A stretch of DNA of 64,000 nt from Burkholderiales bacterium (lineage in GTDB: Bacteria; Pseudomonadota; Gammaproteobacteria; Burkholderiales; Thiobacteraceae), in NCBI GenBank assembly GCA_018781585.1, contig JADMJT010000006.1, forward strand, positions 11,116-75,115. Direction: 5' to 3'. The notes under the pieces are model-generated. The model was not told where the DNA came from. It ran no database searches and saw only the letters and a list, made by a program, of their open reading frames with translations. Within the stretch, counting starts at the first letter, position 1. Each line of letters opens with the position of its first letter. A program made the translations under genes and the position numbers. This document shows positions 48,472-57,718 of this stretch, piece after piece.

Positions 48472-48783
48472 TCAGGCATGAGAAGGCTTTGGCGCCTTCT
48501 TGATTTTGATTTCTACAACCTTGCCAACTGCCCTGGCTGCCTTGATGAGCGTGTCTAGTTGGATGGACGTATTGTTGGGATCCAACACACGGTCAAGTTG
48601 GGAGCGGCTGGTTTCCATTTTTTGCGCCATGGCGAGTTTGGTCAGGTGCGCTGCTTGCATGCTGTCTTCAAGCTGCTCGGACAGCACGCGTTTGAGCGCC
48701 TTCGCCTGCACTTCTTCGAAGACACCTTCTTCTTTCAAGAAGTCATCAAAATCAGAACCGGTATGAGGATTACGTTTCGCCAC
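48472..48783 (-). CDS. HigA-like HTH antitoxin
   Basis: Track ORF 48472..48861 trimmed to the GTG at 48783 (VAKRNPHTGSDFDDFLKEEG), which overlaps the toxin stop by 14 nt. The HTH region reads MQAAHLTKLAMAQKMETSRSQLDRVL. Confidence 0.7.
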   Translation of the reverse strand: MAKRNPHTGSDFDDFLKEEGVFEEVQAKALKRVLSEQLEDSMQAAHLTKLAMAQKMETSRSQLDRVLDPNNTSIQLDTLIKAARAVGKVVEIKIKKAPKPSHA

Positions 48784-49123
48784 GATGCCACTCCTTAAAG
48801 CGTTTTTCCGCCAGATCAATATCCGCACTTGGGGTCTGCTGCGTCTTCTTGATAAAGCCATGCAGCAGAATCATTTGCCCGCCCTCGACCGCAAATAGCG
48901 TCCGCGCAATCCGGTTACCCAGAGACGTGCGAACTTCCCAAACAGCGCCGCGCAAGTGATCGACGCGAGGCTTGCCGATGGGCCATTTGTATTGCACGTA
49001 GGCAATGTCTTCGCCAATGGTTTTTCGATCATCCTTTGGCAATTCCTTAAGCCATTCGCGCACCGGTTCCTTGCCGGCTGCCGAGCGATAGAAAATCGCC
49101 CGGAGTTTCTGGGGGCTAGGCAT
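48770..49123 (-). CDS. RelE/HigB-superfamily toxin (Gp49-like)
   Basis: 117 aa. Reads FYRSAAGKEPVREWLKELPKDDRKTIGEDIAYVQYKWPIGKPRVDHLRGAVWEVR...RTLFAV...ILLHGFIKKTQ. Confidence 0.75.
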   Translation of the reverse strand: MPSPQKLRAIFYRSAAGKEPVREWLKELPKDDRKTIGEDIAYVQYKWPIGKPRVDHLRGAVWEVRTSLGNRIARTLFAVEGGQMILLHGFIKKTQQTPSADIDLAEKRFKEWHRGET

Positions 49124-49189
49124 TTATGTAATGTACCTTATACGGTACGTTTTGGCAAGGCGACCCATTGTACTCGGCTTGATTCACGG

Positions 49190-50227
49190 CTAGCGGCGCT
49201 TGGGCGCATTGCTGCCTGGTCCACTATAGACACGGCGCCGCGGTCTAACGGCGCGGGTTGCTTTCACTCCTAGCACACGGTTGCCGCCCCGCCGGGCCTG
49301 CCGCTGATGTCCGTAAAAGCGTTGCGTCTCTTCAACTGAATGCCCTAAAGCTTGAGCAACCTGATCCGAATCCAAGTCATCCGCCTTTAAGTCAGCCGAA
49401 AATTGATGACGGTAAACATAGGGAGTTACGTGGGCTTTACGACGCGGCCAGAGTTTTTTCGAAATACCAACAACCGAATCTTTCAACAGCGCAGCTTTAA
49501 CCGTGACAATCAGCGGCGAGCCTTGGACTGCCAACTGCCGCTCAAGATGTGCCGCTTCGGGGGAGTCTATCCTAATGAGAATAGACCGCTCTTTCTGACC
49601 GAATTTGCCGTCATGTGTCTTCGCTCCAATTACTTTGAACAAAATACCTTCATTCAACCCCTCAACTTTGATGCCGGCTTCCAACTCAGCAGGGCGACAA
49701 CCAGTACAAGACAAAATCGCGATAGCGTCACGATACTTCCCACGTTTAGGAACCGCCTCCCACATTCGAGCGCGCCAATCACTTGGTAGTTGGGCGAGAA
49801 CTCGCCGCTTGGAAAGGCTTTGCGTGACGATGGCTTGCGCCTTGGCATGCGCGACCCAAGCACCGATCTGACCAGAATGTATCCGCTGGCGCTTAGGGTC
49901 GGGGGCGTACTGGTTGAGCCTTATGCGCAATTCCTGAAGCCTTTTGACGGATCGAATCGTACTCTGATGCTCGCCCATCCCGTAGGCAAAAATGGATATG
50001 CTACGGAGCAACCGCATCTCATGCAAAATGCCATATATCCACGCGGCCCGATAAAAATAAAAACTATTTTTCCGGGCCGCACCCATTTTCAAGGGTGTTG
50101 CGCTGTCTTTTGTCATGCGCTTGCAGGCCTGCAGATACTGGCGGCATGTCGTTTCACTTGGCTTGGGAAAGTGATCCAGAAATCTTTCGACCGATTGGAT
50201 GAACCGGGAAAACTGTACATGATCCAT
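49190..50227 (-). CDS. second tyrosine recombinase / phage-integrase-family protein
   Basis: 345 aa. Catalytic-region motifs LSCTGCRPAEL, TPYVYRHQF and ALGHSVEETQRFYGH. Confidence 0.7.
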   Translation of the reverse strand: MDHVQFSRFIQSVERFLDHFPKPSETTCRQYLQACKRMTKDSATPLKMGAARKNSFYFYRAAWIYGILHEMRLLRSISIFAYGMGEHQSTIRSVKRLQELRIRLNQYAPDPKRQRIHSGQIGAWVAHAKAQAIVTQSLSKRRVLAQLPSDWRARMWEAVPKRGKYRDAIAILSCTGCRPAELEAGIKVEGLNEGILFKVIGAKTHDGKFGQKERSILIRIDSPEAAHLERQLAVQGSPLIVTVKAALLKDSVVGISKKLWPRRKAHVTPYVYRHQFSADLKADDLDSDQVAQALGHSVEETQRFYGHQRQARRGGNRVLGVKATRAVRPRRRVYSGPGSNAPKRR

Positions 50228-51070
50228 TTAATTTCTCCTCGATAGAGTAGTACTTCAACAGGCCAATACAGGCCACCGTTATCCCCCAAATAAAACTGCG
50301 CTTGCCCACCCCTAGACAAGGAAACATTGAAAATTTATTGACTCACCCTTGGCCTTTCTGAATACCAAGGCATCCCAGACCATATTTGGGAAGTTCGTGA
50401 ATCCTATTCCAAACGCTTACAGCGGATGAAGTGAGCACACTACGTTTCGCTGATATTTCCGGTGTGTCCATAACAACGAATCCTTCGCAATAATCAGGAA
50501 TACACAATTGCAGGTTTCTTGGTAGTAGATCAAGTCGATAGAAGGTTGAGCGGGAGACTAATCGCTTCGTGAACTACATCGCACGATTACGACATCTCCA
50601 ACAGATTGAAACCGCACGCATTACCAAAAATACAACACTGAAAATCGCGCCATTCACTAAATCTAAAGCGTTGCCGTTGCGGCGGTTGACTTTGTGGTTG
50701 GCAATACCATGGAGTTGCTGAAGCAATCCGTGATCGGGAGGCGAGCGCTTAACAATTCTTAGCGATGGTATGAAAAATCTTGTCGGCGTACTGGGTGGTT
50801 TGCTTACCCAAATGGTGTAAACACTTATGCCTGCCCTATTCTGGCATCCACGCACCATGACCTCCATACACCAAAAACAGCAATGTCAGCCGCGTGTCAC
50901 CTCAAAATATGAAATAGTTTCAGTCTATGAGCACACCCCATTGAGGCTTGAAACGCTAGTGTTCTCTTTAAACGTATTCGCTTTCAATGCAGAGAATTTT
51001 CGTGTATTTCTAGATGCACTGGCTCGAAAATTTAGTCAGTGCATTTGGATAAATAGATGAAAGGAATGGT

Positions 51071-51343
51071 ATGGATTTGTCTGAAATGAGATGCGTCCGG
51101 TTGCCGGAAGTCATATCACTGCTGGGCCTAAGCAGGAGTTCAATTTACTTGCAAATAAGCGACGGTTTGTTTCCGCCACCGATTCACATGAGCGCGCGAT
51201 GCTCGGCTTGGCCAATGCATGAGGTCCAACGGATTATCCTAGCCCGCGTGGCGCAGAAGACAGAGAGCGAGGTTCGGGAAATCGTGCGGGAAATCATAAA
51301 AGCACGGCAATCTGTTGGCACACTTGAAACTGAATCTGTATAG
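51071..51343 (+). CDS. AlpA-family regulator / excisionase-like HTH protein
   Basis: 90 aa. Reads RCVRLPEVISLLGLSRSSIYLQISDGLFPPPIHMSARCSAWPMHEVQRII. Confidence 0.8.
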   Translation: MDLSEMRCVRLPEVISLLGLSRSSIYLQISDGLFPPPIHMSARCSAWPMHEVQRIILARVAQKTESEVREIVREIIKARQSVGTLETESV

Positions 51344-51428
51344 CACTTCTGCAATACTGCGCCTCTAGGCGCCGCAGGCTCAACCTGCCACAGCAATCGC
51401 GGATGAATCCCGCAACGAATTGCACACC

Positions 51429-51456
51429 AACCCGCGGCGACGCGGGTTTATTTTTT
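51429..51456 (+). terminator. rho-independent terminator after the AlpA-like gene
   Basis: AACCCGCG-gcga-CGCGGGTT followed by TATTTTTT. Confidence 0.7.
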
Positions 51457-51500
51457 GTGATACCGTATAGTGCATGATTAGCAATAGAGGTGCTGATTTC

Positions 51501-51520
51501 GGGGGTATTTCTGGGGGTAT
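51501..51520 (+). repeat. putative integrase arm-type site, right end
   Basis: GGGGGTATTTCTGGGGGTAT. It has the same 12-nt-offset layout as 23438-23457. Confidence 0.55.
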
Positions 51521-51586
51521 TCCTCGAAAATTGGACTCAATTTTTAAGATAAGTTTCCAGGCCTACCAAGGGAAATAGCTCGACTA

Positions 51587-51606
51587 GTTCGCCCCCCCCC
51601 ACCATA
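51587..51606 (+). repeat. degenerate attR (relic of the tmRNA 3-prime end)
   Basis: GTTCGCCCCCCCCCACCATA compared with the tmRNA end GTTCGATCCCCCCCGCCTCCACCAT. It shares the GTTCG, C-run and CCACCAT(T)AAT elements, with indels. Confidence 0.5.
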
Positions 51607-51611
51607 ATTTG

Positions 51612-51645
51612 AAATCCCAACCCTTATCGGTTGGGATTTTTTTTG
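51612..51645 (+). terminator. strong rho-independent terminator, probably the original ssrA terminator displaced by the island
   Basis: AATCCCAACC-cttatc-GGTTGGGATT followed by TTTTTTT, directly after attR. Confidence 0.75.
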
Positions 51646-52108
51646 CCGGGAACGCCAGTGTTGGCGTGGTTTCGCGCCTTGGCATTTCCGCCTGGTCAAT
51701 TTTAAACGCGCACATGTGGTCAAAATTTGGCGCGCAGGGACAATTGTTAATCAGCATGCAAAACTGACCAGGAAACCGGGGTAAACAGCGTCCAAATTTG
51801 ACCACCTCGGATGTGCCATCATCTGGCCTTTTTGGCTGGAGTAACCTGGAGTGATCTGCATGGAAGCCATCGGCAAGATCGCCCGCCGCCCTTATCTACA
51901 CCCCCAAGAGTATCCAATCGACTGTACTATTCAATTTTGTTACAGCGAGTTAAATACGTTCCCAGGCTTGAAATATCCAAGCTAATCTATTAATAATGCA
52001 TATTAATAACAAGGCATTTTCATACCGGGCGTATGTAACCGGGAATCGGCGGAAGTTGTCCGGTTTGCAGGTCGCGCACTGTCGCCTCAGCACAATGGGG
52101 GTACCCAA

Positions 52109-52804
52109 TTGAATCAGTCTCGACAACCCGATGCCTATGCTAACGAGCCTCAGCTTAAGGATGCCCTGCCCATCAACCCACTCGACGCAACCATCCTGGT
52201 GGTGGATGACGATGCCTCGGTGCGGCGCAGTTTGGCGCGTCTGCTTCGTTCAGCAGGCTGGAAAGTCGAAACGTTTGCTTCTGCCAACGACCTTCTGGAT
52301 CAAGCGCCGTTCACCGCGCCAGGTTGCATATTGCTCGACGTCCAGATGCCTGGGATGAGCGGCATGGAGTTGCACGAAAGCCTATCCGGGCTGGGTGTCT
52401 CGCTGCCGGTGGTTTTCCTGACCGGAAAGGGTGATATCTCGATGAGCGTGCAAGCCATGAAGCATGGCGCGATCGACTTTCTGGTCAAGCCGGTTGCCGA
52501 GGATGTCCTGTTGCAAGCGCTGGAGCAGGCCATCGCGCGTCATCTTGCCGACGCAGCCGGCAGGCAGGCGCGCGACGACGTCGCGTCGCGCCTTGCGCTG
52601 CTCTCCCCGCGCGAACGCGAGGTGCTGCAACATGTCCTGCGGGGGCGCCTGAACAAGCAGATTGCCGGTGACCTGGGTATCGCCGAGAAAACCGTGAAGG
52701 TGCATCGCGGTCGGGTGATGGAGAAGATGGCCGCCGGCTCGCTCGCGAAACTGGTTCACATGTGCGATACCGCAGGTATTGAATTTCCCGACGCCGTTGG
52801 CTGA
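52109..52804 (+). CDS. response regulator, REC + LuxR/FixJ-type HTH
   Basis: 231 aa with a TTG start in the track; the true start is uncertain. REC domain ILVVDDDASVRRSL...LLDVQMPGMSG. LuxR HTH LSPREREVLQHVLRGRLNKQIAGDLGIAEKTVKVHR. Confidence 0.85.
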   Translation: MNQSRQPDAYANEPQLKDALPINPLDATILVVDDDASVRRSLARLLRSAGWKVETFASANDLLDQAPFTAPGCILLDVQMPGMSGMELHESLSGLGVSLPVVFLTGKGDISMSVQAMKHGAIDFLVKPVAEDVLLQALEQAIARHLADAAGRQARDDVASRLALLSPREREVLQHVLRGRLNKQIAGDLGIAEKTVKVHRGRVMEKMAAGSLAKLVHMCDTAGIEFPDAVG

Positions 52805-52953
52805 AACGCCTCCGGCTTCCGCGCCCCCCCCTCAAGAAGCAGATCAAAACCCGCTTTAGCCGCGCCGACCGCCAGTGGGACCAAAGTCTAATTGTTCGCG
52901 CTGTTGCAAGCGCCTAATTTTGAGACTTCTCACACGCTGGCGGGACGCCCTTC

Positions 52954-53343
52954 GTGGCTCTGAAAACGGATACATTACTCGTGCACATCGTCGACGACGA
53001 CGAATCGGTGCGAAAGGGACTGTCGCGCCTGATGCGTTCGGCGGGCATCGAAAGCCGCGCCTACGAGAGCCCGCAGCGCTTTCTGGCGGAAGTGCGCAAC
53101 GAAGGACACGCCTGCATTCTGGCGGACATCACCATGCCGCATATAAGCGGCCTGGAATTGGCCGCACAACTCAAGGCGAAGGGCATTACATTGCCGATCA
53201 TCGCGATTTCGGCGCGCGATGACGACGAAACCCGGCAATTGGCCCGGGACTTGGGCGTGCGCTTTTTTCTGCGCAAGCCCGTAGATGACCAGGCGCTGAT
53301 CGACGCGATCTCCTGGGTGATGCAGCAGGATCCACAGGAATAA
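52954..53343 (+). CDS. single-domain response regulator (REC only)
   Basis: 129 aa with a GTG start. Reads VHIVDDDESVRKGL...ILADITMPHISGLEL...IIAISA. Confidence 0.8.
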   Translation: MALKTDTLLVHIVDDDESVRKGLSRLMRSAGIESRAYESPQRFLAEVRNEGHACILADITMPHISGLELAAQLKAKGITLPIIAISARDDDETRQLARDLGVRFFLRKPVDDQALIDAISWVMQQDPQE

Positions 53344-53368
53344 CGCCCATTCGACGCGGAGGGACGCG

Positions 53369-55159
53369 TCAGGTGCCGGTCTTGTCTTCAAGCGGCAAAA
53401 CAAAGTGGAAGGTCGCCCCGCGATCCGGGTTGGCTTCGGCCCAGATACCGCCGCCGTGGGATTCCATGATGGAGCGGCACACTTCCAGCCCCACGCCCAG
53501 CCCTTGCGGTTTGGTCGTGTAGAAGCCGTCGAACACCCGATCCAGCATGTCCTCGGCGATCCCGATGCCGCTATCGCGGATCGACACCAACGCCTTACCG
53601 TCGACACGCGCCGCGGTCACCCGCAGCATTCGCTGGTCTGGCACTTGTTCCGCCATCGCCTCCAGCGCGTTGATCATCAGATTGAGCGCCACCTGCTGGA
53701 TTTGCGTTTTGTTCGCCCGGATGGCCAGGTTCGCTTCCAGCAAGTGCTCGACCACTACGCCGGTTCTGACAAACTCGCTGTGCAGGAGCATGATTACTTC
53801 GTTGATGCACTGGCCCAGATCGATATCGGCGTAAGGCGTTTCCTGCTGCTGCAGCATCGCGCGCAAGCCATTGATCACCGCACCGGCGCGTTTGTCGTCG
53901 CGCACGATGTCCTGGAGGATTTCGCGCATTTCATCGAGATCGACCTTGTCTTGCGCCAGGAAGCGAAGGCCCGCCTGGGCATTGCTGAGCATGGCAGCCA
54001 AGGGCTGGCATAGCTCATGAGCGAGCGAGCTCGTGATCGCACCGGTGCTCGCCACGCGGTCCGCATGCCAGACCTGCCGGCGAAACCGGTTCAGCGCCTC
54101 ATCCTTCTGCCGCGACTCGGTAATGTCGATGTACACGCTACTGACCGCATAAGCCGACCCGTCCTCGCGCAGCAGCGGGAACTTGATGGACTGGAACGTG
54201 CGCGCTTCCCCGCCGCAATCCAGCACCTCCTCGCTTTCGACATCCTGACGCGTATCGAGCGCATGGCGTTCGTTTGCATCGATGATCGCCGCCTGCTCCC
54301 GTGGAAACAGATCGAAAACTTTTTTGCCGGCGATCGCGCCTTCGCGGGTGCGAAACGCGGATTCGAATTTGCGATTGATCAACTGGAAATGCCCCTTCAA
54401 ATCCTTCAGGCAGATCGCCACCGGCAAGTGATCCAACACCGCGCGCAATCGCCGTTTTTGATCCCGCGATTCCAGCATCATTTCCATATCCATCACCACG
54501 ATCAGCGCAAGGAAACCGAAATCACTGGTATGGACAAACTCGACGAGCTTCAGGTTGATGGCGACGTTCAACAGGCTCAACACGGCAAATGCGCTAAGCG
54601 CCCAGGCCATTACCCGGGCCCTTCGCTGCTGTCCTCGCCGATATTGAAGGTAACAGGCATACAAACTGTACGACAGCGAGATCACGATGCCCAGCCACGC
54701 CAGGTTGTGCCAGACAGTCCGCTGAATCACCCGCAAATCCGCAACCCGTTCCCCCCAAGGCAAGTCGAAATAAGCCATGCTCGACGAATCGGCGATTTGA
54801 ACGCCACTGGGCAACGCCAGATTGACGGCAAACAGCAGGGCCCAAAAACCGGACAAGCCGAACAACAATTTTCGCGGACGGATGCCGGTGTAATCGGCAA
54901 CAAACCAAAGAAAGGCCGGCACAAAGAAACACAGGAACACAATCTCCCAGCGCCGCATCGCCACCAGTTCCGAAACGGTGTGCGCGCCATACGCGCCCGC
55001 CCTGGCCATGATCAAAGCCGCCGTCAGCAGAGACATCAACGCGAACAGCAGATGGATACGGTTCACCCGCCGGCGCAACACGGCGAGCCCGTGATGCAGC
55101 GCAGTGTAGGCGCAGACACCACTCATGACATACAGGGCAGGAACCAGGATTTCTTTCAT
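53369..55159 (-). CDS. sensor histidine kinase (multi-TM N-terminus, PAS, HisKA, HATPase_c)
   Basis: 596 aa. About 6-7 N-terminal hydrophobic helices. H-box SSLAHELCQPLAAM. N and G boxes LMINALEAM, RDSGIGI and GLGVGLEV. Confidence 0.85.
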   Translation of the reverse strand: MKEILVPALYVMSGVCAYTALHHGLAVLRRRVNRIHLLFALMSLLTAALIMARAGAYGAHTVSELVAMRRWEIVFLCFFVPAFLWFVADYTGIRPRKLLFGLSGFWALLFAVNLALPSGVQIADSSSMAYFDLPWGERVADLRVIQRTVWHNLAWLGIVISLSYSLYACYLQYRRGQQRRARVMAWALSAFAVLSLLNVAINLKLVEFVHTSDFGFLALIVVMDMEMMLESRDQKRRLRAVLDHLPVAICLKDLKGHFQLINRKFESAFRTREGAIAGKKVFDLFPREQAAIIDANERHALDTRQDVESEEVLDCGGEARTFQSIKFPLLREDGSAYAVSSVYIDITESRQKDEALNRFRRQVWHADRVASTGAITSSLAHELCQPLAAMLSNAQAGLRFLAQDKVDLDEMREILQDIVRDDKRAGAVINGLRAMLQQQETPYADIDLGQCINEVIMLLHSEFVRTGVVVEHLLEANLAIRANKTQIQQVALNLMINALEAMAEQVPDQRMLRVTAARVDGKALVSIRDSGIGIAEDMLDRVFDGFYTTKPQGLGVGLEVCRSIMESHGGGIWAEANPDRGATFHFVLPLEDKTGT

Positions 55160-55363
55160 TTTATTGATTCTAATTGTTTTATCGGGTCGGCGGAGCGTTT
55201 GCCGGATGGCCCCGATATTGTGCTGCCCGAAATGCGGGCCGAGCGACGTTCATCGGAAATAAGACCAAAGCCCAATAGGCCAAACGAAACGGCCAAAGTA
55301 GTCTGAACGGGGAAACAAGCGCAATTCTGCACCCAACCGTGCCTTTTGAAGGAGATTTCAGTC

Positions 55364-55927
55364 ATGAGCACTTATACCACTGCGAAATTTCATTCGATTT
55401 TCGTCGTATTGACGCTCTCGCTCCTCATGTTGCCATTCGGCGGCGCGCAAGCAAAGAGCGAGAAGGAAATCGACGCGAGCGTCGATGTCGCGCTGGAGCG
55501 TTTCAAGAAGGACGTGAAAGGCGCCGACGACTATCTGAAGGGCGCGAAAGGCGTGCTGGTCATGCCCAACGTCAAGAAGGCCGGTTTCGTTGTCGGCGCG
55601 CAATGGGGCGAAGGCGCCCTCAGGGTCGGCAACAAGTCGGTTGGATACTACAAGATGGACGCCGGATCGGTCGGCTTCCAGGCGGGCTATCAGGAAGCGA
55701 ATATTGTGTTCCTGTTCCTGACTCAGGATGCGCTGAACAGCTTCCGCGCCAGCAAGGGCTGGACCGCAGGCATCGAAGGCGGCATTACCGTGGTGGATGC
55801 TTCCTTCGGCGGAACGCTGGATACATTGAAAGCGAAGGATTCCATTGTCGCCTTTGTCATCGGCAAGGAAGGCTTGATGGCAGGGTGGTCGGCCAAAGGC
55901 ACGAAATTCACCAAGCTCGGAAAATAA
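55364..55927 (+). CDS. SYLF (YSC84-like, DUF500) domain exported protein
   Basis: The ATG at 55364 follows AGGAGA. Signal peptide ...LLMLPFGGAQA. Reads GVLVMPNVKKAGFVVGAQWGEGAL...GSVGFQAGYQ...GIEGGITV. Confidence 0.7.
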   Translation: MSTYTTAKFHSIFVVLTLSLLMLPFGGAQAKSEKEIDASVDVALERFKKDVKGADDYLKGAKGVLVMPNVKKAGFVVGAQWGEGALRVGNKSVGYYKMDAGSVGFQAGYQEANIVFLFLTQDALNSFRASKGWTAGIEGGITVVDASFGGTLDTLKAKDSIVAFVIGKEGLMAGWSAKGTKFTKLGK

Positions 55928-55990
55928 GACGCCTTCATGCATAGCCGCACCTCAAAAAAATACGAAGACTTTCCACACTGGAGAAGAATC

Positions 55991-56785
55991 ATGCGAAACA
56001 CTTACTCTCCCTTTTTTATCGGCGCGCTTCTGGTTACGGCCGGGATGACATCAGCGCCGGTGTGGGCAGATACCGCAGGCGGCGAGCAGTGGCAGTTCGA
56101 GGTGACACCCTATCTATTCGCAGCCGGGATGAAAGGCACCACCGGGGCGCGGGGCGTGACCACCGATATCGACCTCAGTTTCGGCGACATTCTCGATGTC
56201 CTCGACTTCGGCGCCGCCGGATTGTTCGAAGCCCGCAAAGGCCACTGGACCTTTGCGCTCGACGCCAGCTACTCGAAATTGAGTATCGGCGGTAACCGCT
56301 CGTTTCAGGGCCCGCTGGGCTTCAGCAACAACGTCGCGCTGAATGTCAATTTCACGCAGCAGATATACACCCCTTATGTCGGTTACCGCGTGCTCGACGA
56401 ACGCACCAAAGTGGACCTGATCGGCGGCGCGCGTTACACCTCGCTCGAATCGGATCTAACGCTTGCCTTAACCACCGGCGCGGCGCTGCTGCCGGATGGC
56501 AGTCGCAGCGTGGGCGGCTCCGTGAACTGGTGGGACCCCATCATCGGCGTGCAAGTAACGACACCTATCGCCGATAAGTGGTCTTTCGTGGGTTATGCCG
56601 ATGCCGGTGTTGGCGGGGAATCGGATTCCACCTACCAGGCGCAGGCCCTACTCAAGTGGCAATTTGGCAAAACCTTTTCTGCCAAATTCGGTTATCGCTA
56701 CCTGGCCCAGGATTACAGAAAGGACGGCATTGTGTGGGACGTAAAATTTAGCGGGCCGTATCTTGGATTGGGCATCGCCTTCTGA
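55991..56785 (+). CDS. outer-membrane beta-barrel protein
   Basis: The ATG at 55991 follows GGAGAAG. Signal peptide FFIGALLVTAGMTSAPVWA. Alternating beta-strand pattern with a C-terminal GPYLGLGIAF. Confidence 0.65.
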   Translation: MRNTYSPFFIGALLVTAGMTSAPVWADTAGGEQWQFEVTPYLFAAGMKGTTGARGVTTDIDLSFGDILDVLDFGAAGLFEARKGHWTFALDASYSKLSIGGNRSFQGPLGFSNNVALNVNFTQQIYTPYVGYRVLDERTKVDLIGGARYTSLESDLTLALTTGAALLPDGSRSVGGSVNWWDPIIGVQVTTPIADKWSFVGYADAGVGGESDSTYQAQALLKWQFGKTFSAKFGYRYLAQDYRKDGIVWDVKFSGPYLGLGIAF

Positions 56786-56892
56786 AGATCGCCTAAGGGG
56801 AAGCGAGCGCTCGAATCTCGGCGCTCGCGGGGTAATCCGCATTCCCGGTTTAAATTTGAGTGGCGCCGATTCCTTAACTATTGGAGGTTTAC

Positions 56893-57708
56893 ATGCGTAG
56901 CAGCAATCATCGTAAGCACCACACGATTCTGGCCACCCTACTCGCCGCTGCCGCAAGCTCGCCGGCCTTGGCGGAAGGCGATGCCGAACTCGCCAAGGCA
57001 ACGCAGAATCCCATTGCGGCCCTGATCAGTCTGCCGCTGCAATACAACTACGATAGCGATATCGGGCCGGTAAAAGATGGACACAAATCGCAGTTGAATG
57101 TCCAACCGGTGATCCCCTTTTCGATCGGCACGGATTGGAATCTGATCTCCCGCACCATTGTGCCGCTGATCAGCCAAAACGATGTCACGCCCGGCGCCGG
57201 CACGCAATCCGGAATCGGCGACATCACGCAAAGCCTGTTTTTCTCGCCGAAGAAACCCACTGCTTCGGGCTGGATCTGGGGCGCCGGCCCGGTGTTCCTG
57301 CTGCCCGCCGGCCATGACGATCTGACCGCCGACAAGTGGGGAGCCGGGCCCACTGCCGTCCTCTTGAAACAGGATAGCGGTTGGACCTATGGCGCGCTGG
57401 CGAACCACATCTGGTCGTTTGCCGGCGCCGATCAGCGGCGTGACATCAGTTCCACATTTGTACAACCGTTCCTGTCTTATACCACCAAGACCTACACCAC
57501 TTTCGGCATCAATACCGAATCCACCTACGACTGGAAATCGGAAAAGTGGTCGGTACCGATCAATCTCTCGGCGACCCAGTTACTCAAGATCGGCGGTCAA
57601 CCCATGACCCTCTCCGCCGGCGCGCGCTACTGGGCCGATAGCCCCGAAGGCGTCGGCCCCAAAGGTTGGGGATTCAGACTGACGGCAACCTTCCTGTTCC
57701 CGAAGTGA
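56893..57708 (+). CDS. outer-membrane transporter-like beta-barrel (MetA-pathway/phenol-degradation-like family)
   Basis: The ATG at 56893 follows GGAGG. Signal peptide LLAAAASSPALA. Reads NPIAALISLPLQYNYD..., with a C-terminal LTATFLFPK. Confidence 0.6.
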   Translation: MRSSNHRKHHTILATLLAAAASSPALAEGDAELAKATQNPIAALISLPLQYNYDSDIGPVKDGHKSQLNVQPVIPFSIGTDWNLISRTIVPLISQNDVTPGAGTQSGIGDITQSLFFSPKKPTASGWIWGAGPVFLLPAGHDDLTADKWGAGPTAVLLKQDSGWTYGALANHIWSFAGADQRRDISSTFVQPFLSYTTKTYTTFGINTESTYDWKSEKWSVPINLSATQLLKIGGQPMTLSAGARYWADSPEGVGPKGWGFRLTATFLFPK

Positions 57709-57718
57709 ATGGACTCTG

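Larger units (their letters stand above)
23324..51606. mobile_element. ssrA-integrated genomic (defence) island, about 28 kb
   Basis: Starts at the tmRNA 3-prime end with a P4-type integrase. It ends with an AlpA-like gene, a degenerate copy of the tmRNA 3-prime end (51587-51606) and a strong terminator. Matching GGGGGTAnnnnnGGGGGTAT sites sit at both ends. The cargo is visibly more AT-rich than the flanks. Confidence 0.8.

Noticed and set aside
49790-50245. 151-aa plus-strand ORF
   Set aside because: Antisense to the tyrosine recombinase gene.
50340-50470. 45-aa minus-strand ORF I translated by hand (MDTPEISAKRSV...)
   Set aside because: No recognisable motif or ribosome-binding site. Too short to support from sequence alone.
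50574-51060. 97-aa minus-strand and 77-aa plus-strand ORFs in the AT-rich spacer
   Set aside because: No motifs and no start-site signals. Treated as non-coding spacer.
51584-51805. 73-aa minus-strand ORF
   Set aside because: It reads through attR and the strong terminator hairpin, so it is implausible as a gene.
53405-55306. 202-aa and 429-aa plus-strand ORFs
   Set aside because: Antisense to the histidine kinase gene, with His/Arg/Gln-rich shadow translations.
55339-55944. 201-aa plus-strand and 194-aa minus-strand ORFs overlapping the SYLF gene
   Set aside because: These are alternative frames of the same DNA. Only the 55364 frame gives a signal peptide and SYLF-like motifs.
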